Shown: positions 48,290 through 62,149, counted from the whole stretch's first letter. The stretch is 63,865 nucleotides of DNA, filler included, from Octopus bimaculoides (GCF_001194135.2; 5 parts of 5 records of this genome joined end to end with filler, not necessarily neighbours in it); one strand, 5' to 3'. Translations and numbers: made by a program. Notes: generated from the letters alone by a model not told the origin.

Positions 48290-48522
48290 TATAAGCGGGG
48301 CCTCATATTAGTGAGGGGTGCCGGTGCGCATTGATGCCGTCGAGAGGTAGGCCCCGAAACGGCGCGCTTTCTCTCCTGATGACCCCATACACTTGCTGGC
48401 TTCCGGTATGCGGAGTTCTTGACTGGTAGCACTTGCATGTGCAAGTTGTTTGCAAGACACACATGTGTATAAGTATATATATGTGTGTATATATGTGTAT
48501 ATATGTGTATAAATAGATAAAT

Positions 48523-48524
<2 letters not shown>

Positions 48525-48586
<62 letters not shown>

Positions 48587-48614
48587 TGATTGATAGGTAG
48601 ATAGATAGATAGAT
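48525..48614. repeat. (GATA)n tetranucleotide repeat
   Basis: Visible. Confidence 0.95.
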
Positions 48615-49424
48615 GTATTATATGATGTACATACGTATGCACGCATGTATACCTGAAAAATAACAATACGAAAGAGAAATTGAACTGAATGTTTACGCTG
48701 ATGCATAATTAGAATATTCTAGGCGTCTCTGACATTTCGTGTGTAAACCCGTTTTCAGAAAGTTTGACATTCAGAAGAAGGATATTTTTTTCAAGAGATT
48801 TCTGGAGTGTAGTAATATCCTTACTCTCCTGAAAGCAAGTAATTGTTCTAAGTACGGAAATAGTGCAAACGCAAGTAATTACAGGTTGTTGCTTGGTACT
48901 CGTATCAACAATGTTTTCGAGTTAAACATCCGGAAGAAAATGATTATGGTCCTCAGCATATTAACATACGAATTTCCACACTGAAAGAAATAGCCCCACA
49001 CTGGTGGTACTATATTATGAACGCAGACAAAGCAGTTCCTCAATCAATCGTTTGTTGTAAATCAATTTTCCGAAGCTACGTCTATCATGGGACTATATCT
49101 CAAAGTCTGGGAAGATATATTTCAAAGTGTAGGTATATATATATCAGTCATATAGTCCGCAACACTGGAGGACACCTGATTGTAAGCCTTTCTTAAATAC
49201 AGAAAGGAAGTTGTTGTAACTAACCTTACTTCTATGAATGGCGAACTAGGTTGAGTGATGCGTCACAATGGGACTGCCTGTGAGAATTAATGTTTCATTT
49301 AGATCTGTATGAATTCTCGTCAGTAAAACTGTTCTCACGAGCATGCGCCACCATATATGGATTCTCATGGCGCAGGGGCCCAATAGCCATCCGGCAAGCT
49401 GGCAACCTCACGAGTCCCCCACTG

Positions 49425-49462
<38 letters not shown>

Positions 49463-49466
<4 letters not shown>

Positions 49467-50340
49467 GTTCGATCAATAAGTATCCGGACTGTTGCCATAA
49501 TAACGAAGCTATTGCACGTAGAATAAAGCCGCCGGGCACAGATTGAAGTTGAACACTGTTGAGTATGCGCACTACGTTTCAACGTTCTAGCTCCCTTCCG
49601 CTGTTTACAGCAGTGCTTGGAAAGAAAGTGTGTAGCATGTGATCGGCGCATTGACCGTGACAGAGAAAGTTGTCATAGCAATACCTGCTCAGAGGCCTAT
49701 GCAAAGTTTCAGAACGTGTTTGAAGAGAAGTGTACGAGCCACATACAAGTGTACGAGTGGTTCAGAAGTTTCCAAGACGGCCGAAAAAATGTCGATATCG
49801 ACGACCGTTCTGGGAGAGCCGTAACCAGGAGAACTGAGAAAAAGATCGCAGATGTGCGTGCAGCTGTGAAGGGAAATCGTCGAATCATCATCCGTGAGTT
49901 ATCAGCGGATATGCAAATTAGTTATGGTTCAGTTCAGCCATTTATCACTGAAAATTTGGGTATGTGATGCGCGTCTGCCAAGTTTGTGCCAAAATTGCTT
50001 TCACTCGGGTTTCAGTTGCACAAGATCTTCTTGATTGTATCGAGAACGATGAAAAGTTTTTGTAAACTTTGCGTAGGCCTCTGAGTAGGTATCGCTAATC
50101 TTTTGGCAAAATTTGATGCAAATTCTCTTCTCAACTTTTTCTGTCATGGTCAATTCGACAATCATACGCTACACACCTTACTTCCAAGCACTACTATAGA
50201 CAGCGGAATAAGATAGTATCTAAAAACTTAGTGCGCATTTACAGCAGAGTTCAAGGTCAATCTGTGCCAAGCAGCTTCACTCTCTATGCTTTAGTTTCCT
50301 TACTATGGCAACAGTCCGGATAGTTATTGATCAGACTACG
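49463..50340 (+). mobile_element. Fold-back non-autonomous mariner, copy 2
   Basis: Same TIRs, left-arm deletion and fold-back junction as 38726; ORF 49617-49967 carries the HTH remnant (QVYEWFRSFQDGRKNVDIDDRSGR...IRELSADMQISYGSV...LGM), followed by AKFVPKLL. Confidence 0.92.
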
Positions 50341-50922
50341 TATGTATATATATATATATATGTTTATGCATATATTCCCATTTATTTATTTTGTATATTC
50401 ACATGTGTATGTGTGTCTCTGTGTGTACGCGTGAATGTATAATATATATCTATATTTTATATGTGTATACGTGTGTTTGTGTATGTGTACTTTTATATGT
50501 GCGTAATCACGTAAATGCCAAGGCGCCCGTGTAATTACTTTCTGTGTATAGACGTGTGTACGCGAGTGTTTGTGTGTAACTTTGTGGAAGATTCACCAAT
50601 ATCAGTTGAAGAATTTTAATCAAATTTTTATTTTGTATGTTTGCTACATTCTTGCTTATCTCCTTGTCAGCATTTCAGTGTCCATATATCTATATTTCAA
50701 TACTTCACATGTTTTGTTTGGACTTGAAAAGAGATATGCAAATGAGAATATATATTGTTATATTTGTCGATATATATTCTTCTCTCGAAAATAGCTTTGA
50801 TTACGTAGAAATATACATCATATGCATACGCATACAAATACACGCATGCACGCACGTGCACACACACACAAACGCACAAGCCTAGTGAAGGCAAAGGCTA
50901 AGGAACACACACACACATATAC

Positions 50923-50981
<59 letters not shown>

Positions 50982-53398
50982 GTTTTCTAAATGTATATAT
51001 ATACAAAATATAACGTGGTGTAAAACCATAACTTCGTTTTTAGTTTGTCGGATGTATACTCTAAACCTTGAATGAAAAAATATAGATAGAGAGAATTTAC
51101 ACAAGATCGTAATTGGAAAATGATTGGTAGAGTTACATGGCGATATGCACATTCATGAGACTGAAATTGAGGATATGGATCTTTTCTGTTTGGCTTCACT
51201 TTTTTAAGTTTTAAAATTAAGTGAAATTTTTCAAATTTGATGTATTGATGTAATTTCTGACGCTGAATCTGATGCTGTTAGTTACCTGTTCCAGAGAAAA
51301 TTTTACAGTAATGTTACGGATGTTTAAAGTTTGATCATTTTTACCCAATCAGAAAAGCAGAAGCTGGAAGCTGGCATTTTGTGCATGATGACAGTACGAC
51401 GACTCAACATTCAACGACTGAACTTTTAATAAGTTTTAATGACGAAAGTCATGGAAATATTAGAACTGCATGTAATGCGAAAAATCACACTATCACGCAA
51501 AAAAAAAAAATGAAACTGAACGTANNNNNNNNNNAATGTTAAATTACAAAAAAAAAAAAAAAGAGAAAATCCAGAAAACACCTCTAGCTCAATTAATGTA
51601 ACGATTCAACTGCTAGAAAAGGCGGTCAAATCTCATCGCAAAGAACACCCTAATATCATAAAATGAGGAAGGACATACTACATTATGGTAGTCTTAGATA
51701 ACCCGAAAACTGTGGGGCTTCCAGCATTAGATTGTTCCTTTCGATCATAGGTCTGCTCGATCAGCCGCATCCTCCTCAGTTTTCGATTCTCCATCATATA
51801 CAAAAGGTTGCACGAGCTGAGCAGACGGTTGAGCAAACTACAAAACAGCTTGGCTTGTTAATATGGAAATATGTACCAATATGTTTGTAGCTTTCGATTG
51901 GTTATAATTACCCCAAATTTGCAAACTTCAAAAACTATTAAGTTTTTATTTATTAATTTAAGACAAAAGTGAATTCCAATTCCCTATTTAACATACAAAT
52001 CTACATCAATACATCAAGTTTGAAACCATTTGTTAAAAAAGTGTAAGAATTGAAAAGTGAAAGCGAAATAGAAAGGATCCGGGGATATCTTTAGAAAGAT
52101 ATACGTTGGTATATACTGATGTACGTGCATTAGTGCAAAATAAAAGATTATGTATGTATAAGGATTCTTGATTTAATCTCACGCTATAAAGTGAGCGGAA
52201 TGAACAGCAGTTTGTATGCACGTATCAAAGCATGTATGTATGTGAGTGCACAAATGTGTGTATATCTGTCGTAGTGTGTATGTGTGTGTATACTTCTATG
52301 TGTACACTATTTAGTCCATATAATATTTGGGAGGGGCCACGTAGCAAAAATGTATATTGGATCCACAGTAGTATTTTAAGGGTAAATGAAAAACAGTTTT
52401 TCCTTAGCTGTGTGTATTTGTACGTAGTGCAAGAAACAGCTAGATTTCTTTCTCTAGCATTTTACAAAGTTCAACCTACACAAAATGAATGTGTGATAAA
52501 CAAAATAGGAATTTTGAATAAAGTTTCTATAGACTAATTTTTAAACATCGAATGGCTATGGGGGTCCTCCAGAATAAAATAGTAATCAATGGGATCTATA
52601 GACAAAACCCTGATAGAAATTAACATGTATGTATTTATAAGGGTGCGGGGGTGTAAATTCTTTAGGGATTGATAGCATCTTCATGACTGGTAAAGTGAGT
52701 GTAATGAGATAAAGGGTAGCTAAAATTAAGCTGATGAACAGACGAATGTACCAGCAGACAAGTTGGTATCCCGCTATGGCAACAAGTTGACCACGCACAA
52801 ATGACTTCTTTTGAAATAGAACGTTTACTGAAGCTGGAGATAAGGAATTCTTCTAGTTNNNNNNNNNNNNNNNNNNNNNNNNNNNNNNNNNNNNNNNNNN
52901 NNNNNNNNNNNNNNNNNNNNNNNNNNNNNNNNNNNNNNNNNNNNNNNNNNNNNNNNNNNNNNNNNNNNNNNNNNNNNNNNNNNNNNNNNNNNNNNNNNNN
53001 NNNNNNNNNNNNNNNNNNNNNNNNNNNNNNNNNNNNNNNNNNNNNNNNNNNNNNNNNNNNNNNNNNNNNNATATATATATATATATATATATATAGCATT
53101 ATTACCTTAGTGTGCTCAACTATCATCATAAAACGTGAAACATGTCAATGCAAAAGAACGGACTGAGCAAGTAGTTTTATTAATTTATATTTTATAGTTT
53201 TTATTTCCATTGATTGCTTTTCATGACCTGAAGGGACACGGTATTTCGTTATGCAACCATGATTTACTAAAATGTGTAATCATTAATATTTACGTACCAG
53301 CTTCCAGCAATGTGATAATGCGTAAAATTGATATATCTAATTATGTTACAACGCTGTATTTAATGTCTATTTAAGCAATGGGATCAGGGCTGATTAAG

Positions 53399-53462
53399 GG
53401 GTTAAATGGGTGCTGATGAAAGAGCAAAATTTCGCGAAATATGGCATATACGTCCATTACCC
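53399..53462 (+). ncRNA. Type I hammerhead ribozyme candidate with bulged extended helix I
   Basis: Helix I AAUGGGUG/CGUCCAUU (8 bp, 2 G-U) plus GGGU/ACCC beyond a 2-nt bulge; CUGAUGA 53413-19; GAAA 53436-39; helix III AUAU(GGC)AUAU; AUA triplet; helix II weak (GC/GC after an AAGA insert). Confidence 0.6.
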
Positions 53463-53714
53463 ATTTTTCATCTTCGATCTCATCTTTTGTTTACATCTGA
53501 CGTCTCAGATACGAAAGGACTGTGCTGGTTATAACTTCTATCGAATATCTGTTTAGATAATCTTAAGAAGAGATTTGTTTATCTTACAATTTTTTTTTTT
53601 ATTTGCATCAATTTGTTTTGTCATTTTTATCCCCTGTATATCTGAATCTGCGTGTTGTTCTTTGTCAAGGGAATCTTAAATTTTAAATATGGGTATAAAA
53701 CAATGGGGCACAAT

Positions 53715-53785
53715 AGATGATCCAGCAGTGATCCCAAAGCCACTCGCCTGATGAGTGTAAGTACACAGCTATTGCTGGATCATCT
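53715..53785 (+). other. Hairpin enclosing CUGAUGA plus helix II but lacking GAAA (decayed hammerhead?)
   Basis: AGATGATCCAGCAGT / ATTGCTGGATCATCT 15-bp stem; inside, CTGATGA-GTGT(AAGT)ACAC-AGCT. Confidence 0.3.
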
Positions 53786-53821
53786 TCTAACATAATAATG
53801 AGCGTAGTGTTTTTATATATT

Positions 53822-53856
<35 letters not shown>

Positions 53857-54231
53857 NNNNNNNNNNNNNNNNNNNNNNNNNNNNNNNNNNNNNNNNNNNN
53901 NNNNNNNNNNNNNNNNNNNNNNNNNNNNNNNNNNNNGGAGAAGTAGTGAGAGTAAAAGCCCTGACTGAGAGGCAGTGAGAGAAAGTAATAACAATGAGAG
54001 AAAGGAAAGGGTGATAGGTGAATAAGGAAGGAAGGGTGAAAAATCAGCGTTTCAACTGTGTGAATATATGTGTGTATGTATGTGCGTATAGAAGGGAAGT
54101 ATGTGAATGTTTGTATGTGTGATTATTATGTACCTTATTTTGTACCTTAATTATATGTAAATTACTACATTATTGACGGCACGTGGTCAGCTTGTATTTA
54201 CATAATACTTTTAAAATATGTATATGTTAAG

Positions 54232-54318
54232 AAGTAATGTTTATCGCCATATCATTATGGCTGTTCCATAGGAATCGACATTAATACCGTTTTAACCCCC
54301 AGGAAGAGCCTCTTCTAC
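54232..54318 (+). repeat. Second copy of the 15419 repeat segment (no ribozyme follows)
   Basis: Aligns by eye with 15419-15506. Confidence 0.7.
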
Positions 54319-55344
54319 CTGGGATTCCTAAAGAACAGTCATATTGATATGACGATAAACATTACTTCTCACTATAGTTACTACATTCATCTCTTACAGA
54401 GATTCTCTGACTAGCTACTTTGCTTGTTATAAAATGCTAAACAATCAGCAATTAACAGCAGGTGCTAATGCACAGAAGCAGTTTTCGTTATTTGGATTAA
54501 AGGCTGTTCATTCCATCTTGTATTTATAATCACACTTACATACACACACACACACACTGATGAAAAGTACATGGTACGGATTCAGAAAATCGCGCGGCTT
54601 ATTTTTTCCATCGGACTCGGCTATCAATCTACATGGTATGAATTATTAAAGTCAATATGTTTTGGTAGTTTGTGTGTGAAAGTCTTGGTTATTCAACTTC
54701 CTTCTGTGGATGTCTTAAGATCTTAATTAACCTGCTATAGAATTTTATTGCTGAAAAACACAATTTCTAGGCATTTGATTGACTGACCCGTCGTGAATAC
54801 GTCATCCCTGAAATGTAGAGAAATTAAAATCATCAGCTGCCTTGTCCCACGTCACCCACCTATCTAATTATTCTGGTAAATAAAATATGTATTTCTTATA
54901 TTTTATGTTATAAATTTTTAATTTATATGTTATTAATTTTTCTTTATACCTGTTTCTTCTTCTTGGTTTGCTTAAAGTAAGGATGTGGAATCCCTTGATT
55001 TCTATCAAGTAGTTTATCTTAAATGATATGAGGGTTTTCACATACAAAGATAATTTTTTAGAACCATAGTATGCCTTTCATCTGATGGTTGCCTTTAGCT
55101 GACCAAACCAATGTAATTTTGTTCAGTTCTTGCTTCCCATATATTGTAGACTAGAGTAGAAGCCGCCCTGTCGGGTGGTTTTTAAGCTAGCTCCTGCGGT
55201 GGGCTCTTCGTTGAGATTTAGGCCCAATAATGACACTTCATGCATTGAGTACGGCCGTTATCCAATGAAAGTCTCGTGGTTAAATAAATATCTACTCACC
55301 TCTCATACTCCCTGACATTATGTTTTTATACATACATAATATGT

Positions 55345-55385
<41 letters not shown>

Positions 55386-56399
55386 TAAATTTGGTAGCGC
55401 ATTCTTCATGTCAGGTGAATACTATTGATTGTCCTCCAANNNNNNNNNNCTTTTATTATACTCTAAGTTTACGGCATGATGAAGAAAGAACGATCTATGT
55501 AGAGAATGTACCTTTTTTTTTTTTTGTCGGAAATGGTGGTAACTGGTTTTTGTTCAGAAGTTGAACCCTTTGGATAGGTTCCGATTATTGGTTTGAAAGT
55601 ATTCTCAGTTTGGAAAAATATCTTTGAAATATGTTTAGGATAAGCTGTCCTAAATTACTTAAGTGCCAAAATTTATAGTTAGATATGTGTTATTAGGTTG
55701 GCTTGGGATTTTGAGATGTTCTTTTAGATATAATTGTTGATATGTGTGTTGTTCTGTCGGTTCTGTGTCTATTATAAACTTAAATTATGGAACGTTGACT
55801 TGAGAAGAAAGGAACGTAGTGCTTGCTTAGTTGGTACTGAGATTTGTGGTGCTGCTAGAATTGTGCATTTGTTCTCTTCCAGTTAGAAATTTTCAAGTGT
55901 GCCTTATGGATAAGTCTGAATGATATCTAATTTTCATATGTGTGTATGTGTGTGGGTGTGTATTTACATACACATACACGCACGCACATGCGCATGTATA
56001 CATACGCACGCATGCACATGTGCACACACACACAGACGGATTTATGTGAGCTATTGGTAACATGAGACCCTGTACAACCTGTTGCATGATCGGGTTGTCT
56101 TTCCCCTTAAACTTTCACTTCCACTGGGCTTTGCTGGTGAAGTGGGGTGCTAGAAATGCAATGACACTAAAAACAGGATCTGTCAAAAGGACCGATAAAC
56201 CGAGTGCAGTTTCAACGATTATTTAACAATAGCGCGGGTACTCAGAAATCCTAGGTTGGTGTTCGGTGTGCGAGAAAACCACTAGGATTGAGACATCTCT
56301 TGGCTTCTGGTAAAGCATGTCTCGAGAAGAAGGTCAATCTGATATGCAGAGAATGGCATTGAAAGATTTAAAGATTATTTGCTTGTGCTGGAGATAATA

Positions 56400-56830
56400 G
56401 CGTTCCTACATTCCTGACACTGCAACCCATTTTGGCCCATGATAATCTCACCCCCTCTAGAACATGTCAGTAATGTGGAGAGGTTCTTGTAAAATATTGT
56501 GCAAGCCTTATTGGACCTAAAACTGCTGAGTGTGCAATCTCCACACGTGGAGATGAGCACCACAGATAGCATAGATGCCGCGGACTCTAACTCGGGCGAA
56601 TTCGACCTCAGGTGTGGAAAAAATGTGTGAAGAAACAATGAAGCACGAATACGTCGACCAATCCAGGTCCAGATGTAGTATAAAAAAGAGGAGAGAACAC
56701 TGATACAGACATATGGCGTGCATCAAGACTAAAAGTTGTGTAAATAAGCACTGAGCAATTGATAAAGGAACATGAAGATGACGACCGAGGAAAGCATTGC
56801 ATGAACGGTGGGAAAATGATCGTAGAACTT
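56400..56830 (+). mobile_element. Very old RTE-like LINE 3' remnant
   Basis: RREH*YRHMACIKTKSCVNK...GT*R*RPRKALHE..ENDRRT resembles the RLRWYGHV.RM....CVKK...G..GRGRPRKTW RTE C-terminus. Confidence 0.4.
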
Positions 56831-57514
56831 TCCATAAAGTACCTCCCTATACCCTCCCCCTTTATCTCTGTGTTACTGAGTTTCGTTTACCCGGCTGGTT
56901 TAATTATACGTCCATATTAGATTTATATTCATTTCCTGTGAGGAGGTAGATTTTTTACTACTTATATACATATATGTAGCGTGAGTTGTTTTGCATATAT
57001 TATAAGTATTCTACATTAAATGTGCACAGAAATTACATATGATTTAGATGTACGTAAATGGAGAACACCTAGAAAGTTTGTGGTGCACACGTTTTATTTC
57101 TATTTCTACATTGACCAGAAGTTTCATGCATCTATATATGTGAATGCTCATAAATATGTGTTTTAATATATGCATTAGTATATATATTCGTCCCTCTTTC
57201 CTTAAAATTTCTCTATATATATGTATATATGTATAAGATCGGAAGAGCGTCGNNNNNNNNNNNNNNNNNNNNNNNNNNNNNNNNNNNNNNNNNNNNNNNN
57301 NNNNNNNNNNNNNNNNNNNNNNNNNNNNNNNNNNNNNNNNNNNNNNNNNNNNNNNNNNNNNNNNNNNNNNNNNNNNNNNNNNNNNNNNNNNNNNNNNNNN
57401 NNNNNNNNNNNNNNNNNNNNNNNNNNNNNNNNNNNNNNNNNNNNNNNNNNNNNNNNNNNNNNNNNNNNNNNNNNNNNNNNNNNNNNNNNNNNNNNNNNNN
57501 NNNNNNNNNNNNNN

Positions 57515-57558
<44 letters not shown>

Positions 57559-58459
57559 TACATATATATTTATAATTATGTATAATGTATATATGATGGA
57601 GGGGTGTTTCATACATATAAAATATACGCCTCTTTCCAAATACCTCAATGTCCTACCTCCTTTAGTTTAATCTTCTCGTATGCACTCCTTCTTTCAACAA
57701 TCTTTTTTTTACATTCACTCTGTTTCTATCTCACTCACACTTTGGTTACCTCCCTCTGTAACTTTTACCGCAGCCTTCCTCTGCATTTATAAATGTGCTT
57801 TTTGTAGCTCCTCCTATCGATCACATATACACTTTCACATTCCTCCACATCTATCGCATTACTTCTTCTTTTCATATTCTCTGCTATGGAGTATTATTTT
57901 CTACTGGAGCTAAAGTTAAAACAAACATACATTAACATACACACACCTATACATATAGAAGTCTCTCACCGCATATTTATCGTTGCTATTTTTTTCCCTC
58001 TTATTTTGGGTTTTACCTTCGATTATATATAAAATTCAGTTTTTTATAAAGATTCACAGAAAATTAAAATATTTCCAAAAAATACTGTTGTTTAATACAT
58101 AGGTATACATACACACACGCAACACAGGAACGCATACATACGTAAATATACATATACACAGCTCATATCTATGAGTATATATGTGTGTGCATATGTATAT
58201 ATATATATACACACACACACACACGCACACCCATNNNNNNNNNNNNNNNNNNNNNNNNNNNNNNNNNNNNNNNNNNNNTTAATTAATTAANNNNNNNNNN
58301 NNNNNNNNNNNNNNNNNNNNNNNNNNNNNNNNNNTGAAAATATCTGACATTACAATAGAGAGATGTTATTGTTTCACTTTTGACGCGTAATGCTGAAATA
58401 TTGGATGAGATATGATATTGCTCTGGGTTCGCACTAGGCAAGAAGTTAAAAAATGTGGG

Positions 58460-58580
58460 GCCTATGACACTACATGAACCCTAAGTAATGCATGTGTAAA
58501 ATTTGAATGAAATTGGTCGTGTAGTTTTCAAGTTTTAGGGATTCACACAGACACACACACATTCTCATCTTTATATATTA
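58460..58580 (+). mobile_element. Helitron/Helentron-associated non-autonomous element 3' end
   Basis: GTAAAATTTGAATGAAATTGGTCGTGTAGTTTTCAAGTTT...ACAGACACACACAC...CTTTATATATTA layout resembles Lep1/HINE-type ends; recognition only. Confidence 0.4.
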
Positions 58581-58689
58581 CACACACACACACACGCACA
58601 CACACATATATATATATATACATAAATTATACCGTCTGGTAAATAATATGCTTAAAATTTAATATTTTGTTTTTTCATTATGTTTCCAG

Positions 58690-58742
58690 GTTCAAGTACT
58701 GGTAATGAAATAGAGGATAAAACAGCAGATACAAACTTATGA
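58690..58742 (+). CDS. Candidate terminal coding exon
   Basis: Acceptor TTTTTCATTATGTTTCCAG; phase-1 frame xSSTGNEIEDKTADTNL*; AT-rich downstream region with AATAAA near 59030. Confidence 0.25.
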
Positions 58743-60369
58743 GTGAAAATTGAAAAGGTGCCTCCAAGAATCGTCTTTGATGATATTTTATGCTATAAAA
58801 TAATATTTTCTCCATATAATAATATAAAATATATTTCCTTGTAACGACACTATAATTATACCTTTTAATACAACACCATGCATGCAAGAGGCTGTATAAT
58901 CCACCATAATGTAATTTTAACAAGTTTCAATGCCTCACTATGGCTTGAAACCATTGTTTGATTTGAAATTATATTGATATTCTATCTTTTTGCCAATTTA
59001 ATGTAATCAATGTAAGCTTTAATATTGTTAAATAAAGGATTAAATCTGATCTGTTCTTACCGTTCGTTTTCTAGATGAAATGCTGTAATACTGCAGGCTA
59101 AGATCACATACCAGAGGCATTGATTCCATTTGTTAATTTAAACATTCCACTAAAATGTTAAAACTTGCAAAATGTATCATGTTGGTTAGATTTATGACCA
59201 TTTATCTAATTAGTATTATCAGGTAATTCAACTGTTATTGTTCAAGTAATGAACATTTCACAAACAGTTACATTCCAATCAAAGAACTGTACGTAGATTT
59301 GTCTTCTACACGTTCATATCTACTTTCACTCCATCAATGGAGACAGCGCACGCCTCAATATTTTCATTGAAGTATTTTCTTAGTTATATTCTCTACATGA
59401 TATACAGGCCCATAAGGCCGCAGCCACTCACGGTATCCAACATATTCCAACACCCGGGGATACAAGNNNNNNNNNNNNNNNNNNNNNNNNNNNNNNNNNN
59501 NNNNNNNNNNNNNNNNNNNNNNNNNNNNNNNNNNNNNNNNNNNNNNNNNNNNNNNNNNNNNNNNNNNNNNNNNNNNNNNNNNNNNNNNNNNNNNNNNNNN
59601 NNNNNNNNNNNNNNNNNNNNNNNNNNNNNNNNNNNNNNNNNNNNNNNNNNNNNNNNNNNNNNNNNNNNNNNNNNNNNNNNNNNNNNNNNNNNNNNNNNNN
59701 NNNNNNNNNNNNNNNNNNNNNNNNNNNNNNNNNNNNNNNNNNNNNNNNNNNNNNNNNNNNNNNNNNNNNNNNNNNNNNNNNNNNNNNNNNNNNNNNNNNN
59801 NNNNNNNNNNNNNNNNNNNNNNNNNNNNNNNNNNNNNNNNNNNNNNNNNNNNNNNNNNNNNNNNNNNNNNNNNNNNNNNNNNNNNNNNNNNNNNNNTTTT
59901 CTAATTAGATGGTCGCACCATTTCAGTCTCTTGCATCTGATTACTTCGGTTCTGGTTTATGTCATGTAAATAACGTTTCTTATACAAATTACGCCACTCT
60001 CATAATAATATCTCTTTAGTTTTACACACATTTTAATAACCTCTTATTTATGTGTATTTTTGAACTTTAGGGTCCCTGTTTCTAGACCCTGATTAGAGAA
60101 ACAAAAATGTACAACCTATCAATGCATCGCTGGCTGATGTCCTACAAGCTCCAGATCCTGTTTCTTAAGTCTTTCAAATGTTATACATGCTAGCGTGACC
60201 TTACTTTTCTAACCTGTGTGGCTAGTGCGACGGGTACTACACAGCTCTCTTTGACATGTTCAACATAAGAACCATTCAGTGTGATTATTTCCTTTGTTTT
60301 GTGTAATTAATTTGTATATAATGCTATTTATTTTCATAGTCAATTTTCGCCATATTTCGTCTAAGACCG

Positions 60370-60560
60370 TCAATATTAGGCTTGCTTCCCAACCATATAA
60401 TTCCGGTTTTTTTTTTTGTCCCAACGTGTGACATGGCACTTTGGGCAATTTTTACCATACTGAGAAAAAAGTGCTTGGGTCGATTCATTCGACTAAAACT
60501 TATTCCAGGCGTCCTCCACCTCCTGTAGCATGGCTGCAGTCTAATGACTGAAATAAAGGA
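60370..60560 (+). mobile_element. Diverged, internally deleted SINE family B
   Basis: GCTTGCTTCCCAACC head piece, TTGGGC, GGGTCGATTCATTCGACT and CATGGCTGCAGTCTAATGACTGAAA tail. Confidence 0.65.
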
Positions 60561-60604
60561 AAAAAAATATTTTTCCTCACTTCGTAATTATCTGTGAACA
60601 CATA

Positions 60605-61093
60605 CCGTAAATCCTCGAGAATAGCCCGCCCTTGAGTATAATGCGCAGGGGATTTTTAGGGGGCTGTACTTCTGAAAAACCTGAACCTTGTGTATAATAC
60701 ACATTCCTTCTCTAACTTGAGTCAAGGAGGTCTATATAACGTCCTTGGTTTGTAAACATATATATGGTAACGTCCTTTATTATTATTGTATATGTAACAT
60801 AATGCAAACGTGTAGCTTTTCTGTGCGCTTTGTTTGCAGAAAATAAAGAAATAACAGTAATAACGTCAGTGAAATATAAATATCAAGTAAATTGCCTTTC
60901 ACATATTTATCACTATCAGTTACAAGCCCAACATCACAAAATGCGTCTGAATAAACATTGCCGTACAGCAAATAGAGACTCGGACATTGCTTAGAAAATA
61001 TTTTTCATTTTTAACCTCGTATATAGTACGCACTAGGGATTTTGACCTTTCAATTTTGGGAAGAAAATGCGGATTATACTCGAGGATTTACGG
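60605..61093. mobile_element. Tc2/pogo-type MITE with TA TSD
   Basis: TA-CCGTAAATCCTCGAGAATAGCCCGC ... GCGGATTATACTCGAGGATTTACGG-TA terminal inverted repeats. Confidence 0.88.
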
Positions 61094-62149
61094 TATTTCC
61101 TCTATTCTCCTTTCAGTGAAGAAAACAAATCTGTCTCCATGACATTTCTCCTTCACTCACTTTCCCTCTCTTTTGCTACTTCTCTCTCTCTCTCTTCTCT
61201 CTCTTATATCTTTCCCTCTCCCATATACTTTCCTCATCAGTCCATGATTCTTTCTCTCTCATATCCCATGTTGCTTCCCGGCGCGTGGAGAATTAAGCCA
61301 GCAAAAACTTTCAACTTTTTTTATAATTGTTTTTCATCTCCGCTGTTTCGTTTAACATATTTTCTCTCTTCATTGTGAATCACAAACATAATCGTTCTTC
61401 ATTATTTTTCACCCCATAACTTCTCCTTGATCTGTTTCTCTCTGCCTTTCGGTCCTGATATGACCCCACCTCCATACCGTTATCAACAATTTCGATACGG
61501 TCTACTACGATGAGCCCCCCCAATATACTACAAGCACTATGACGAACAACCTCATTTTGAAACTAACTCCTTAAGATCACAATGTTCAAAAACACAGCTA
61601 CAGACATCCACATATCTGTTCCGTACTTCAATATATAACACTTAAACTATATTATGTGCTGGTGACAGGTAGATGCAGTACTTCCAATCTAGTAAAAAAA
61701 AAGGTGACATATAAAAGACAAAGGTGTAATTCGTTCAGGCTGACAAGCAAGCTTTAATACGTAACTACATGAGAATGTTGAATTCTACCCAAACACAACA
61801 TATAAATGGAACTAGTAGATTATAAACCGTAATGGTTAGCACAAAGTTTATCGAAGAATCAAATTCTGGATTAGTTACATCCACTTCTTGGCTATGGGCT
61901 TCAAGAAGGGAAGTGCTGTTCCCTTGCATATTCCTGTATAATGCCTATACGAATAGTAAGATTCTGACCAATAGCAATATTCTGAACATATGGAAGTGAT
62001 AGACGTGTAGGGAGACCAAATTCTATTATTGAATATTCGAAAACATTAAGTTAATTTATAAAAGCTCACCACGCTACTCTATTGAGATTGGTTAAAATAC
62101 CTATCATATAAGTTATTGGACATTTATTAAACCCTGTGTTGTGATTAGC

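Noticed and set aside
49275-49330. Minus-strand CUGACGA...UGAAACAUUAAU-UC hammerhead-like order
   Set aside because: Helices I and II do not pair and G16.2 would have to be deleted.
51730-51785. Minus-strand CUGAGGA...CGAAAGG...CUA
   Set aside because: No helix I, and helix II needs a long unexplained insert.
53130-53150. GAAACAUGUC (palindromic helix III plus GUC)
   Set aside because: No CUGANGA or helix II upstream.
57236-57252. AGATCGGAAGAGCGTCG at a contig end
   Set aside because: Illumina adapter read-through contamination.
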